38,483 bases of DNA from a virus (Duplodnaviria; Caudoviricetes), in IMG/VR virus record IMGVR_UViG_3300025277_000056, positions 1 to 38,483 of that record, one strand, 5' to 3'. Below, piece after piece: positions 16,358 through 26,700 of this stretch (the first letter of the stretch is position 1; every line of letters begins with the position of its first letter). The notes under the pieces are model-generated. The model ran no database searches and was not told where the DNA came from. It saw only the letters and a program-made list of their open reading frames with translations. The position numbers were made by a program, and so were the translations under genes.

Positions 16358-17191
16358 ATGGACAAGCTCAAGGGCATACTGGAGAAAAATCCTAACATTG
16401 GATTAGACGAAGATACTATAGCTGTTGCTAATAGTAGCTTCTCTAATCAAACAAAACGCATATCTTTAAGAGGTGGTGTGTTTAGAAAGATAGTTGGTGG
16501 TAAAGAAGTCAGTACGGCTGACTCTTCGGTAATGAATATAATAATTATTAAAATGGCACACACGCCATCGAGAGTATATTATAAAGATTCTTACGAAGAG
16601 GGGAAGAGAGTAAGTCCTATATGTTGGTCTAATGACTCCAACAAACCAGATGTAGAAGTGAGGAAACCCCAAGCTAAGTCTTGTCACACTTGCCCTAATA
16701 GTGTGCGAGGCTCTGGCTTTGGTGGTGTAGGAACTTCTTGTAGGATATCGTGGAGAGTAGCTATTGTTTTAGCTAGTGACCCAGAAGGAGATATTCTAGA
16801 ATTAGTCCTCCCTTCTAACTCTTGTTTTGGGAAAGAAGAAAAAGGTAAATGGCCTTTTAAAACATACATTCAGATGTTAGCAAATAATAATGTGAGTGCA
16901 GGTAGAATTGTTACTAAGATGCAGTTTGACCCTAATTCATCTAAACCTAGAGCTTTGTTTTCTCCTGTTGAAGCAGTTGAAGACTGGGTATTAGAAGTTG
17001 TAAATTCTCAAGCAGAGAATCAAGCAGCTCATAACGCTATTAGATTAAGTGTTTATCAAATTGATGATGAAGAGGAAAAAGAACCTGTTAAATTTGAGGC
17101 TTTTGAGGCTTCAGACGAAGAGAAAGCAAAAGTTAAATCATCTAAAGAAGCAGAAGATGTTAATAAAATAATGGATAAATGGAGGAAATAA
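16358..17191 (+). CDS. Putative ssDNA-binding/annealing protein with Cys cluster
   Basis: RIS-x-x-GGVFR, P-x-C-W-S-x-D, C-x-x-CP, GS...C; acidic C-terminal tail; located between helicase and primase. Confidence 0.6.
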   Translation: MDKLKGILEKNPNIGLDEDTIAVANSSFSNQTKRISLRGGVFRKIVGGKEVSTADSSVMNIIIIKMAHTPSRVYYKDSYEEGKRVSPICWSNDSNKPDVEVRKPQAKSCHTCPNSVRGSGFGGVGTSCRISWRVAIVLASDPEGDILELVLPSNSCFGKEEKGKWPFKTYIQMLANNNVSAGRIVTKMQFDPNSSKPRALFSPVEAVEDWVLEVVNSQAENQAAHNAIRLSVYQIDDEEEKEPVKFEAFEASDEEKAKVKSSKEAEDVNKIMDKWRK

Positions 17192-17502
17192 TGCCAAGAC
17201 CGTATAGTGATAGATTTATTTTAGGATTAGATAGAGCTGATGAAACCAAAGTAGGAGTGCAATTAGCTAAGGTATGTTTAAAAGCAAACTTACCAATTAA
17301 ATATGTAGCAGAAGGACTTGCTGTATCTCGTATGACCTTACATACATGGTTTCGAGGTGGGATATTAAGACAACATAACAAGGAAAAAGTTGAAAAATTT
17401 ATAGGACTTGCAGAACAAGGATTAGCAGATGGTACATTACCTGCTACTAATTTAGATACTGCTAGAGTTTTTATAGATTCTGACATTAGACCTGTACTAT
17501 GA
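17191..17502 (+). CDS. XRE/Cro-like HTH protein
   Basis: IKYVAEGLAVSRMTLHTWFRG HTH; TAATG coupling at 17189-17193. Confidence 0.75.
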   Translation: MPRPYSDRFILGLDRADETKVGVQLAKVCLKANLPIKYVAEGLAVSRMTLHTWFRGGILRQHNKEKVEKFIGLAEQGLADGTLPATNLDTARVFIDSDIRPVL

Positions 17503-20348
17503 GTGTAGAATTTTATACTAAACTGTTACCTAATGAAGGCACTTATTGTGTAGCTGTATTACCTGCAGGGGAAGGACAGCGTATGAGACACATATTTGTA
17601 GACTCTATTGAAGAACTTGTTGATAGAGTTGAAGAGAGAAAATACGACAGTCATGTGTTTATTGGTATGGCTAACTTTGATGGACATAGTAGGAAGAATG
17701 CAAAATCTCTAAGGTCTTTCTTTGTAGACTTAGACGTGGGTGACACTAAAGAGTTTACGGATCAGGAAGAAGCTGTCAACGCCTTAGGAAAATTTATACA
17801 GTCACAGAAGTTACCACCACCCGTAGTTGTAGATAGTGGTAATGGCATTCATGCATATTGGATGTTAGATACTGAAGTACCTGTAGAAGAATGGAAACTC
17901 TACGCAGATAAATTCAAACAATTATGCCTTAGTAAAGGCTTAAAGATAGACCCTGCTGTTACTGCAGATAAAGCAAGAATACTTAGATGTCCTAGTACAT
18001 TTAATTTTAAATCTAATCCACCCACACCAACTAAGATAATAAGTGAGGATATCCAAGTATATCAATTTACAATGTTTAAAGAATTTTTAGGTACAGTTGA
18101 AAAGCCATTTGAAGAGATACTTAAAAGCACTAAAATGACTGAATTAACTAAACAAATGAACGGGCTAAACAATTATGCCTCAGACTTTGGCACTATTGCT
18201 ACAAAAAGTTTAGATGAGAGGTCTGATGAAGGGTGTCTTCAGATAAGACATATTATTAGAAATAGAAAATCATTACCTGAGCCTTTATGGTATGCAGGAT
18301 TATCTATTGCTCAACACTGTGTAGATAGAGACACAGCAATACATGCATTATCTAAAGACTACCCAAACTACAGTAGAGAAGGCACAGAGAGAAAAGCTAA
18401 TCAAACACAAGATAAACCACAGTCATGTATAGTATTTGACAGCTTAAATCCTGATGTCTGTTCAAAGTGTTCACACTTTGGCAAGATTACCAACCCCTTA
18501 ATATTAGGTAAAGTATTTGTGTCCGCCCCGACAACTACAAATCCTGTTAAAACTGAAGTGCAGACATTACCTAATGGTAAACCTTTAGTCATCACTAGTT
18601 TACAAGGATTGCCTGCAGAGATAGAAAGGGAAGGATTTTGTAGGGGGCAGGATGGTGGTATATATTTTAGACCAAAGCCAGTATTTGATGAGAATGGTGA
18701 ACTAGTAGAGCAAAAGACACAACTTGTATCTACTTATGATTTCTATTCTTTGAAGAGAGTCATTAGTGCACATGATGGTAATTGTATGCTAATGAAAGTA
18801 GATGCCCCTCACGATGAACCTGAAGAGTTTTATGTACCTTTTAGTATAATATATGATGGTAATGAACTGAGGAAGTTAATATCTAAACATGGGGTATTAT
18901 TTGACCCTAAGAACAACCAATGGAAACTTATTATGGATTATTTAGTTGCATGGGGTTCTTACTTACAAGCTGATAAAGCAGCTTCGAAAATGAGAACTCA
19001 AATGGGTTGGACTCCCAAAGAAGACGCTTTTGTGATTGGCGATGTTGAAATTAAACGCAACGGCAAAGAAGTTAGTAGCCCTACTTCTGCTCTTTGCAGG
19101 AATATATCTAGACATATTGTAAGAGCAGGTAGTTTTAAGAAGTGGAAAGAAGTAGTTAATAAGCTTAATCAAGAAGGCTTAGAAATACATGCATTTGTTG
19201 CATTGACGGGGCTAAGTTCTACTTTGATGCCCTATACCTCTACTTCTGGCGTTAGTATCTCATTAACAGGAGATACAGGTGCAGGTAAAACAGGAGCACT
19301 ATATGCAGCACTAAGTATGTGGGGGCACCCTAAAGATATGTCGGTACTAGAAACGACTGATAACGCTCTTACAGGGCGATTCTTAGGGCTACATAATCTA
19401 CCTTTAGGATTAGATGAGGTTGGTAATATGCATGGTCGTCTGCTATCTCAGATGGTACATAAGATATCACAGGGTAAAGCTAAAATTCGTATGCAAGCCT
19501 CAATTAATGCTGAACGAGAACACGAAATGTCAGCTTCATTAGTAGGTATATTTACTACTAATCACTCTTTAATAGACAAGCTAACCATCACCAAGAAGGA
19601 CCCTAATGGCGAAATAGCGAGGCTTATAGAGTTTCACCTACAGAAACCTCAACTACTTAAAGATAAGCCTGCAGAAGGGCGTAGAATATTTAATCCACTA
19701 TTGACTAATCATGGGTGGGCAGGACCTGAGTTTATTAAAGCTCTGATGACTTATGAAAGAAGTGAGCTTGATGGCCGCATTGACCATTGGGTTGCTAAGT
19801 TTAAGAAAGACTTTGGTGATGATACTGCCTTTAGATTCTATGAGAATTTAGTTGCCGTTACTATGGTGGCAGGAGAAGTATGTGATAAAGCTAATATTAT
19901 GCATATAGATGTAGACCGAGTTTATACTAAGATTGTCGGAGAGATGATAGACATAAGGGATAACGTAGTGAAAGCTAACAATGTTAACTATCTATCTCTC
20001 ATAGGAGAATTTATATCACAATACAATAACTCAATACTAGAGATTCACGATGGTAAAGTTATCATTGAACCTAGAAACTCATTGTATATACGCCTAGATA
20101 CAGACAAGAAAGAACTATGTCTCACTAAGTCTGTGTTTAAGAAGTTCTTAATTGAAGAGAATAGTGTATCTCCTAAGCAGTTTGTTTATCAAATGAAACA
20201 ACATGGGGTAGAGATTGTAGAGAAACGTAAGAAAATGGCAGCTAACTGGAAGCCAGGGCTGGACGAGTTCAATTCGAATGCCTATATAATTAGCACAGAC
20301 ACACTACCCCCAGATATGATTAAGGAGATTAACCCTGAACTTGTATGA
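17499..20348 (+). CDS. Primase (AEP/RepB-like) fused to DUF927-type helicase
   Basis: DLD and DSGNGIHAYW primase motifs, Cys cluster C...C-x-x-C, Walker A GDTGAGKT, Walker B LDE. Confidence 0.9.
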   Translation: MSVEFYTKLLPNEGTYCVAVLPAGEGQRMRHIFVDSIEELVDRVEERKYDSHVFIGMANFDGHSRKNAKSLRSFFVDLDVGDTKEFTDQEEAVNALGKFIQSQKLPPPVVVDSGNGIHAYWMLDTEVPVEEWKLYADKFKQLCLSKGLKIDPAVTADKARILRCPSTFNFKSNPPTPTKIISEDIQVYQFTMFKEFLGTVEKPFEEILKSTKMTELTKQMNGLNNYASDFGTIATKSLDERSDEGCLQIRHIIRNRKSLPEPLWYAGLSIAQHCVDRDTAIHALSKDYPNYSREGTERKANQTQDKPQSCIVFDSLNPDVCSKCSHFGKITNPLILGKVFVSAPTTTNPVKTEVQTLPNGKPLVITSLQGLPAEIEREGFCRGQDGGIYFRPKPVFDENGELVEQKTQLVSTYDFYSLKRVISAHDGNCMLMKVDAPHDEPEEFYVPFSIIYDGNELRKLISKHGVLFDPKNNQWKLIMDYLVAWGSYLQADKAASKMRTQMGWTPKEDAFVIGDVEIKRNGKEVSSPTSALCRNISRHIVRAGSFKKWKEVVNKLNQEGLEIHAFVALTGLSSTLMPYTSTSGVSISLTGDTGAGKTGALYAALSMWGHPKDMSVLETTDNALTGRFLGLHNLPLGLDEVGNMHGRLLSQMVHKISQGKAKIRMQASINAEREHEMSASLVGIFTTNHSLIDKLTITKKDPNGEIARLIEFHLQKPQLLKDKPAEGRRIFNPLLTNHGWAGPEFIKALMTYERSELDGRIDHWVAKFKKDFGDDTAFRFYENLVAVTMVAGEVCDKANIMHIDVDRVYTKIVGEMIDIRDNVVKANNVNYLSLIGEFISQYNNSILEIHDGKVIIEPRNSLYIRLDTDKKELCLTKSVFKKFLIEENSVSPKQFVYQMKQHGVEIVEKRKKMAANWKPGLDEFNSNAYIISTDTLPPDMIKEINPELV

Positions 20349-20535
20349 AGAAATAGAATGGATATTCCCGTTTGAGGGTATGGCAATAGGAGAAAGCTTT
20401 TTCGTGCCTACCCTTAAGACTTCGCATATGATTTATGCCATTGAATCAGGTGCTAAACGAGCAGGGGTTAGGGTTAAAACATTTGCTACTTCCAAAGATA
20501 ATCACTTAGGAGTTAGGGCTTGGCGGGTAGGCTAA
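20341..20535 (+). CDS. Conserved small phage protein (64 aa)
   Basis: FPF-x-x-M-x-x-GESFF-x-P...G-x-R-x-WR motif; last + strand gene. Confidence 0.75.
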   Translation: MYEEIEWIFPFEGMAIGESFFVPTLKTSHMIYAIESGAKRAGVRVKTFATSKDNHLGVRAWRVG

Positions 20536-20538
20536 CTT

Positions 20539-20733
20539 TTAATGTATAGTTGCCTCTTCCCTCTGCCCCAGTAACTCGTCTAATACCTGACTTAATAGCA
20601 TCCATTGAAGCTCATTTAAATTTTTTAATTTTTTAGGTATTATTTCTGAATGTGGGCTATACAAGTACTTTAACGCTAATTCTACATCGCTTTGATTAAG
20701 TACTTCATTATTTAATTTATCTTCTAATTCCAT
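20539..20733 (-). CDS. Hypothetical protein (64 aa)
   Basis: GAGG RBS; last gene of the late arm, converging with 20341..20535. Confidence 0.7.
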   Translation of the reverse strand: MELEDKLNNEVLNQSDVELALKYLYSPHSEIIPKKLKNLNELQWMLLSQVLDELLGQREEATIH

Positions 20734-20767
20734 TTTATACCTCCTATTTATAAATAGTGCTCCTTCT

Positions 20768-23700
20768 CTATTTAAATTTACTTTTTAGTTCTTCAACAAG
20801 TATTTTTAGTTCTTCATTTTCTGTGGTTCCGTATATTCGCTGACGGACTCCTACAATACTTTTTAAAACTATTTCTTCTCTTTCATTAAGTCTTTTTAAT
20901 GCTTTTCGTTTATCTTCCCCAGTTATTTCTTTTCCAGTTTCACTTCTTGGGAATCTAGTAGTTTTTAATATTTTACTTCTTTGGTCTCTTATTGTTGTTA
21001 ATTTATTCATATATCCTTGTAATTCTGACTGTGCATCAATTAAAGGTCTATACTTTTTATAATGCTCATCTGCTAGTTCTTGGTCATAATCATCCTTTCT
21101 CATAATATTATAACCCCCAACGGCTTTATCAACTTCAGCTTTTAGTTCATAGAAATCACTAGTAAATCTGTTACCATATTCTCTTGATAAAAAGTTACTC
21201 ATACCTGGATAACTAGCAAGTTTATCTCTGTCGGATTTAGTAGGTCTGGCATACTTAAGAACTTGTGAGTCCTCAATCATTGAATCTAAGAACATCATTA
21301 TTAAACCACCTGTGTATCCAAAATATTGTCTAAGAAAAAAATCTATCATTGTAGGAGAAATTCCAAGTTTCTCAAGATTTACATATTGAGACATAAATTT
21401 GGCTGTTTCACTAGTGCCCATTGTATATTGTTGTCCTGGGGGTAAGTCTTTTAAACTTGTAGGTGTTATGGCTCTATCTGACCTAGGATCAAAATTGTAC
21501 GATAAATCCATAATTGGTCTAAGTGCTTGAGGCACAAGCCTATTCATTAAAAACGCTTCTGCTAAACTTCTTTTTAAAGCATCTGCAACTTTTTTATTAT
21601 CAGTGTTACCTAACATATTATTTAAAACTTGTTCGGGCATTACTTTAAATAAAAAAGTGTATATATCAGGTCGTAGACTTACGTGAACCCCATTACCTAA
21701 CAAAAATCTTCTATCTTTTATTTTAGGGTCAAGCTTTTGATACTCGTCATCATCTTGCATCATAAGACTATAGGCAAGAGTTATTGCTGTTAGTTGAACA
21801 CCTGAGTTTAAAAATTTAGTCGCCGCAAATGCTCTTTGCTCTGCTGAAACTCCTTTGCCTGTTACCACTCTTCCTTGTATTGCGGTTGCTTGTAAAAAAG
21901 CTCCAAAGAAAGGTATTACGTGACGCCCAAGTGTAACCCAAGGATTTGAACCTGCTCTTTTAAAGTTTATAATCTCAGCTCCTCTACTCATAGCAAGTCC
22001 TTTATTACCTGTTTCTGCCATAGTCTGTTCATAAACTGCTTGCCTTACAGCATTATCTGAAGCCATAGCAATACGACCTAAAAAACGTTTTATTGAAACA
22101 GGTGTGTTTGGGTTAATAGCATCAAACTTTACATCTCCTCCTAATCCAGGAACATTATTAATAGCCCTAGTCATTTTTGCATAAAGACCTGTTTCATTTT
22201 TTATCCTTTCATCTGAAAGTGTTTCTCCTTGTGTCCAAGAATCATAAGTTCCAGTAAATCCTCCTCGCCTCATTTCATTGTGAGTTTTACTCATGTTAAG
22301 TAAAGTTAATGGAAATTCTTTTATCATTCTCAAAGGAATCATAAGAGGATTTCTCACTCCTGAGTTAAACATCGCTGAACCTGCATCTTGTAAAATCATT
22401 TGAGATAAAGAGAAAAGAGGATATAACACTACGTTAGTTCTTAAAAAATTAGAAGTGTTTCTCATAAACCTGTACCCATCCAAATCAAGTGATTTTGTGC
22501 CTCCTGAAAAAGCTTGAGCAAAATATGGGCTAGAGAATTGATAGTTTTTGACTGTTCTTTTTTTAGTTTCTTTATCTATTCTACTAAAACTTACTGTATT
22601 AGGGGTTTCCTCAGTTACTTTAGCTACTTCTTTAATATCACCTGGTAAATGTTCAAACGCTGCTTCTACCTTATTAATCGCTGCTCTATTTAATACAGAT
22701 CGTGTAACTCCATTACGAATCCAAGACTCCATGTTATCAAAAACATCGGCTACAGGGATAAAGCTACCTTTTAATTTAAAAAATTTTCCACGGTCTCCTT
22801 GTTGTTGTGAGTATTGTGAGGGTTGTTCTTGGCCGTCTCTAAAAAAACCAACATAATCATCAAAAGCTTCTATTCCTTCTATATCAATAATTTGAGAAAA
22901 TTCTTTAGCCATTTCTGCATCCATTAATTCATGTTCAACTTGAAGGGCTATTATATCATTTTTAGCATCAATCCAATCTTGGTGTATTTTTTGTAACCCA
23001 GGAGATTCATTAAAAACTTCTACTCCATTATCTATTTGTGCATCAGTTAAATCAATAGGAATGAAGTTATTCTTCCAAAAATTTTTAGCTTCTTTGTTTT
23101 TATTTTGTCGTTTTAGAGTTTTAAATGTATTTTCTACTTCTTGATTTTTTGCTCGTATACCATGAGCACGCACAGCTACAAATGCATTATGAGCCATCTC
23201 ACGCACACTTTTAGGTGAAACTCCTAATTCTTTCCCATAAGCTTTTAAACCTTTCATTACTTTTGCATAACTAGGTCTATCTGCATCTCCTCTAGGGTCA
23301 GAAGTCCAAAAACTACCTATTGTTTTATAAACAGGTCTACCATATTCTAAAGCCACTGAACCTATTCCTCTAGCATGTAAGGCTGCTGAAGACCCTATTC
23401 TAAGAAATGTTTCTGAAATATCCTTCCAAGTTTCTTGTCCAAAAATCCCAAAAGCTTTTCTTTTGTCTTTCAAACCCTCTTTCATTGCGTCTATAATTTC
23501 ACCATTTAAAGCAGCGTCAAAAGAAAATATAGCGGTATCTAGCTTAGTTATCCTACCACTTATTCCTTCTAGTAAAGTTCTGTTAGGAAACTGTTTATCT
23601 ACAAGAGATTTCTTTTCTTTTTGTTTTGCTTCTTTCTCTCTTTTCTTTTTTTCTGGTGTTTTTTGGTCTTGATTAAACTTATTAACTTGTGCTTGTGTAT

Positions 23701-26700
23701 TTATTTTTTTCTTTTTATCTAGTTTTTCAAAAAAGGGTCCTTTCGCTTGTTCTTTAGCATCAGGTCCTACAAATAACTCAGAGGTTACTGCAATAGCATC
23801 ATTTAACACTGTGCCAGATATATCGTCCATACCTATCATTTCTTGTACTACCTTAACAAAATCTTTCCACACAGATGCTATACGTTGAGAAGTTGATAGT
23901 GGGCTTCTTACTTTCGCTAAAAATTTTTGAAACTCTGGGTTATTCATCGCCTCTGTTATAAACTCTTTAGGTCTACCTAGCTCTATACTAAAATCATTAT
24001 CAACATCAGCTTTTTTAGCAACGTCTATTAGAGCCATTAAACGTCTACCAAGTGGAGTTACAGGTTCTCCTTTTATTATATGTTTATTTACTTCATTAGA
24101 AGTAGCTGCATGTGTTGCTTCATGTAGTATAGTCTCTACATCTCCTTTAGTAGAAACTAAAATAGAATCTGTAAGAGTAAGATAAGAACCATAATTTGCT
24201 GTTTGCTCCTCTCTATTGGTTATATGCATAGTATCACTAACAGCAAATTCAGTTCCAAATATACTTGGAAGACGCGTAAGGTGTTTTAATAAAATACTCT
24301 GTGGGGCAGTTAATATATCTTTAAATTTAGTTCCTAATTTGGTAAGTACTGGACCTAAAGTTTTATCATCTCTTAAATCAGCTATAACGTTTCCTTGAGT
24401 ATATTTACCTTTTCGTGTTGAAAACTCTTCTTCTTCTTGTTCTCCACCTGCGGTAGTAGGTAATTCAGTAACTCTAGCATCAACTCGAATTGGGGTATAC
24501 TTTGTAAACTCACCTTTCGCGGATTTCACTATGTGCTTCACCATAGCTTGCCCATTTTCTTCTACATAAGTACCTTTTATTACCTCACCAGTTCCAGGAG
24601 TAATTTCTTGAAATACTTCTACTTCCTTTCCTAATAGTATAGGGTCGATTTGTGCATAGGCAACTTCTGGTGCAACTTCTGGTGCAACTTCTGGTGCAAC
24701 TTCTGGTGCAACTTCTGGTGCAACTTCTGGTGCAACTTCTGGTGCAACTTCTGGTGCCTCCTTATAAATAGTGCTTCTTCCTTTAGTCTCTGTTGTAATT
24801 AACCCTGCGTCAACAGCTTTTTTCATAATATTTTTGGCTTTGTTAAAACCTATTTTAAATTTCTTTTGTATAGCGGACACAGTTGCTCCGTCTTCTGTCT
24901 TAACAAAATCTAAAATTTGTTGCTCTTGAGGGTCTGTAACTACAGTTTTACCTTCTTTAATTTTATTAGCTCTTAATTTTTTAAGCTCTTGTCGTCTTTG
25001 ATTTATTTCTTTTTTTGTTTTAGCATTTGGAAAATATTTAGGTATGTCTTTAAGAACCATATCAATACCTTCTTTTGTTTCTATCAAAGTATTAACTTCT
25101 TCTTCAGCTTTAGGGTCGACTATAACTTCTTCTTTAGTTTTAGGGTCGACTATAACTTCTTCTTTAGTTTTAGGGTCGACTACAGCTTCTTCTTCAACTC
25201 TAGCTGCTTGGTCTATTTCAGCCTGTATAGGGTCATATACTACATCAGTATCATCTTTTTTGTCTTCCTTACCTTCTTTTTGCCCTTGTTCTTTAAGTAA
25301 TTTATTTCTTTTTCTTCTAAGTTTTTTTCTGTAGTTTTGAATAGCTTTTTCATTAGTTGACGCTAACACTTCTTTTTCTTCAAGCAGCTTTTCTATCATT
25401 TCTATATTTTCAGGAGTGTTAAGCTCTGCTCCTTCTAATGTTTCATATCCAACCATTCTTTTTCTTATACCTAAAGTTTTAAGTAATTCAGCAGTAAGTA
25501 TATCCATCTTGGATTTCTTTATTTCTTCCGCTTTTTCTTCGTCAAGTTGAGCCTCTAGTTCTTTTCTTCTTGTTTCACTAGCATTTTTTGTTGAACGTGC
25601 TGCCTCATCTGCATCACCTGCATCACCTGCATCACCTGCATCACCTGCATCACCTGCATCACCTGTATCTTTTGGTTTAGTTATAGGTCTTCTCGCTCCA
25701 CCGATTGTTGCAGGTACGATTGGCATAAAGAAACCCCCCGCAGCGGCATCTACATATTCTCGTATAGCTTGAGCGTCTGCCAAAGGTAAGTCAGCTCCGT
25801 ATCTCTCTAACATACTTTGTGCAACTTCAACAGGAGCTTCTTTTGCACCTGTATAACCTACATTTTTAATTACATTTAAAAGCATACTTCTTGTAGCAGT
25901 ATTCATTGCATCAAGCGAGCTTAAACCAATTTTCAAACCTACAAATTGAGCAGCAGCATGAGCCGTGCTTAAGGCTGCTAGTTTACCTGTGCTTAGTTCT
26001 TTTATAATCTGAAGTTGTTCTTCAGGATTATCTACTCCTGCAATAGCTTCATCAATAGCTCTGGATGTAACCTCTCCTGCACCAAATCGAGTTGACATTG
26101 TACCTAAACCAACTGATCTTCCTATTGTTTGATTTACTTGTTTTCGTAAAGCAGGGTTAGTAGCAATTTCCTTTGCAACTTGTTTTTTTACATATTCTTT
26201 AGAAGCTTCTTTTCCTTCTTTTTTTGCAATTTCTTTAGCTTTTGCTTTTATCCCTTTTTTAATTAAGCTTTTAGCAACAAAACCTGAAATACCACCACCT
26301 ATAGTACCTGCTGGACCTGCAGCACTACCAAGCATAGCTCCAAGACCAGCAGTCAAAAATGCTTCTCCAATCATCATAACGCCTTTACCTGCCATAAAAG
26401 GTATATAATCTGTCATCACCGTAATAACCCCATCGTCTATCGCCTCACTAAATGAGTCAGAACCTTTTGCGTAAGGTCGTAGTGCTTCTTGAGATTCTCT
26501 CATCTTCTTAAGACCTGCTTGAATTGTTTCTTCCCCGTTATAACCAAAATCTTCTTGAGCTTTACCAAGTAACACTTGTGCACCACCAAGGAGTTCTTTC
26601 TGCTCTGGTATATATGTTCTTATAGCTCTCATAAAATCACCCATTTCTTCTATTTCTCCTTTTTCAGCCATACTTAAAATTTTTGGTTTAGATTCAGGTA

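Noticed and set aside
3875-19172. Minus-strand ORFs inside + strand genes (e.g. 3875..4387, 4799..5140, 10953..11219, 15652..15951, 17160..17486)
   Set aside because: Antisense shadows of well-supported genes with Ser/Leu/Phe-biased composition
20530-20545. Bidirectional terminator at the convergence of the two arms
   Set aside because: Only 3 bp separate the stop codons and no convincing hairpin is seen
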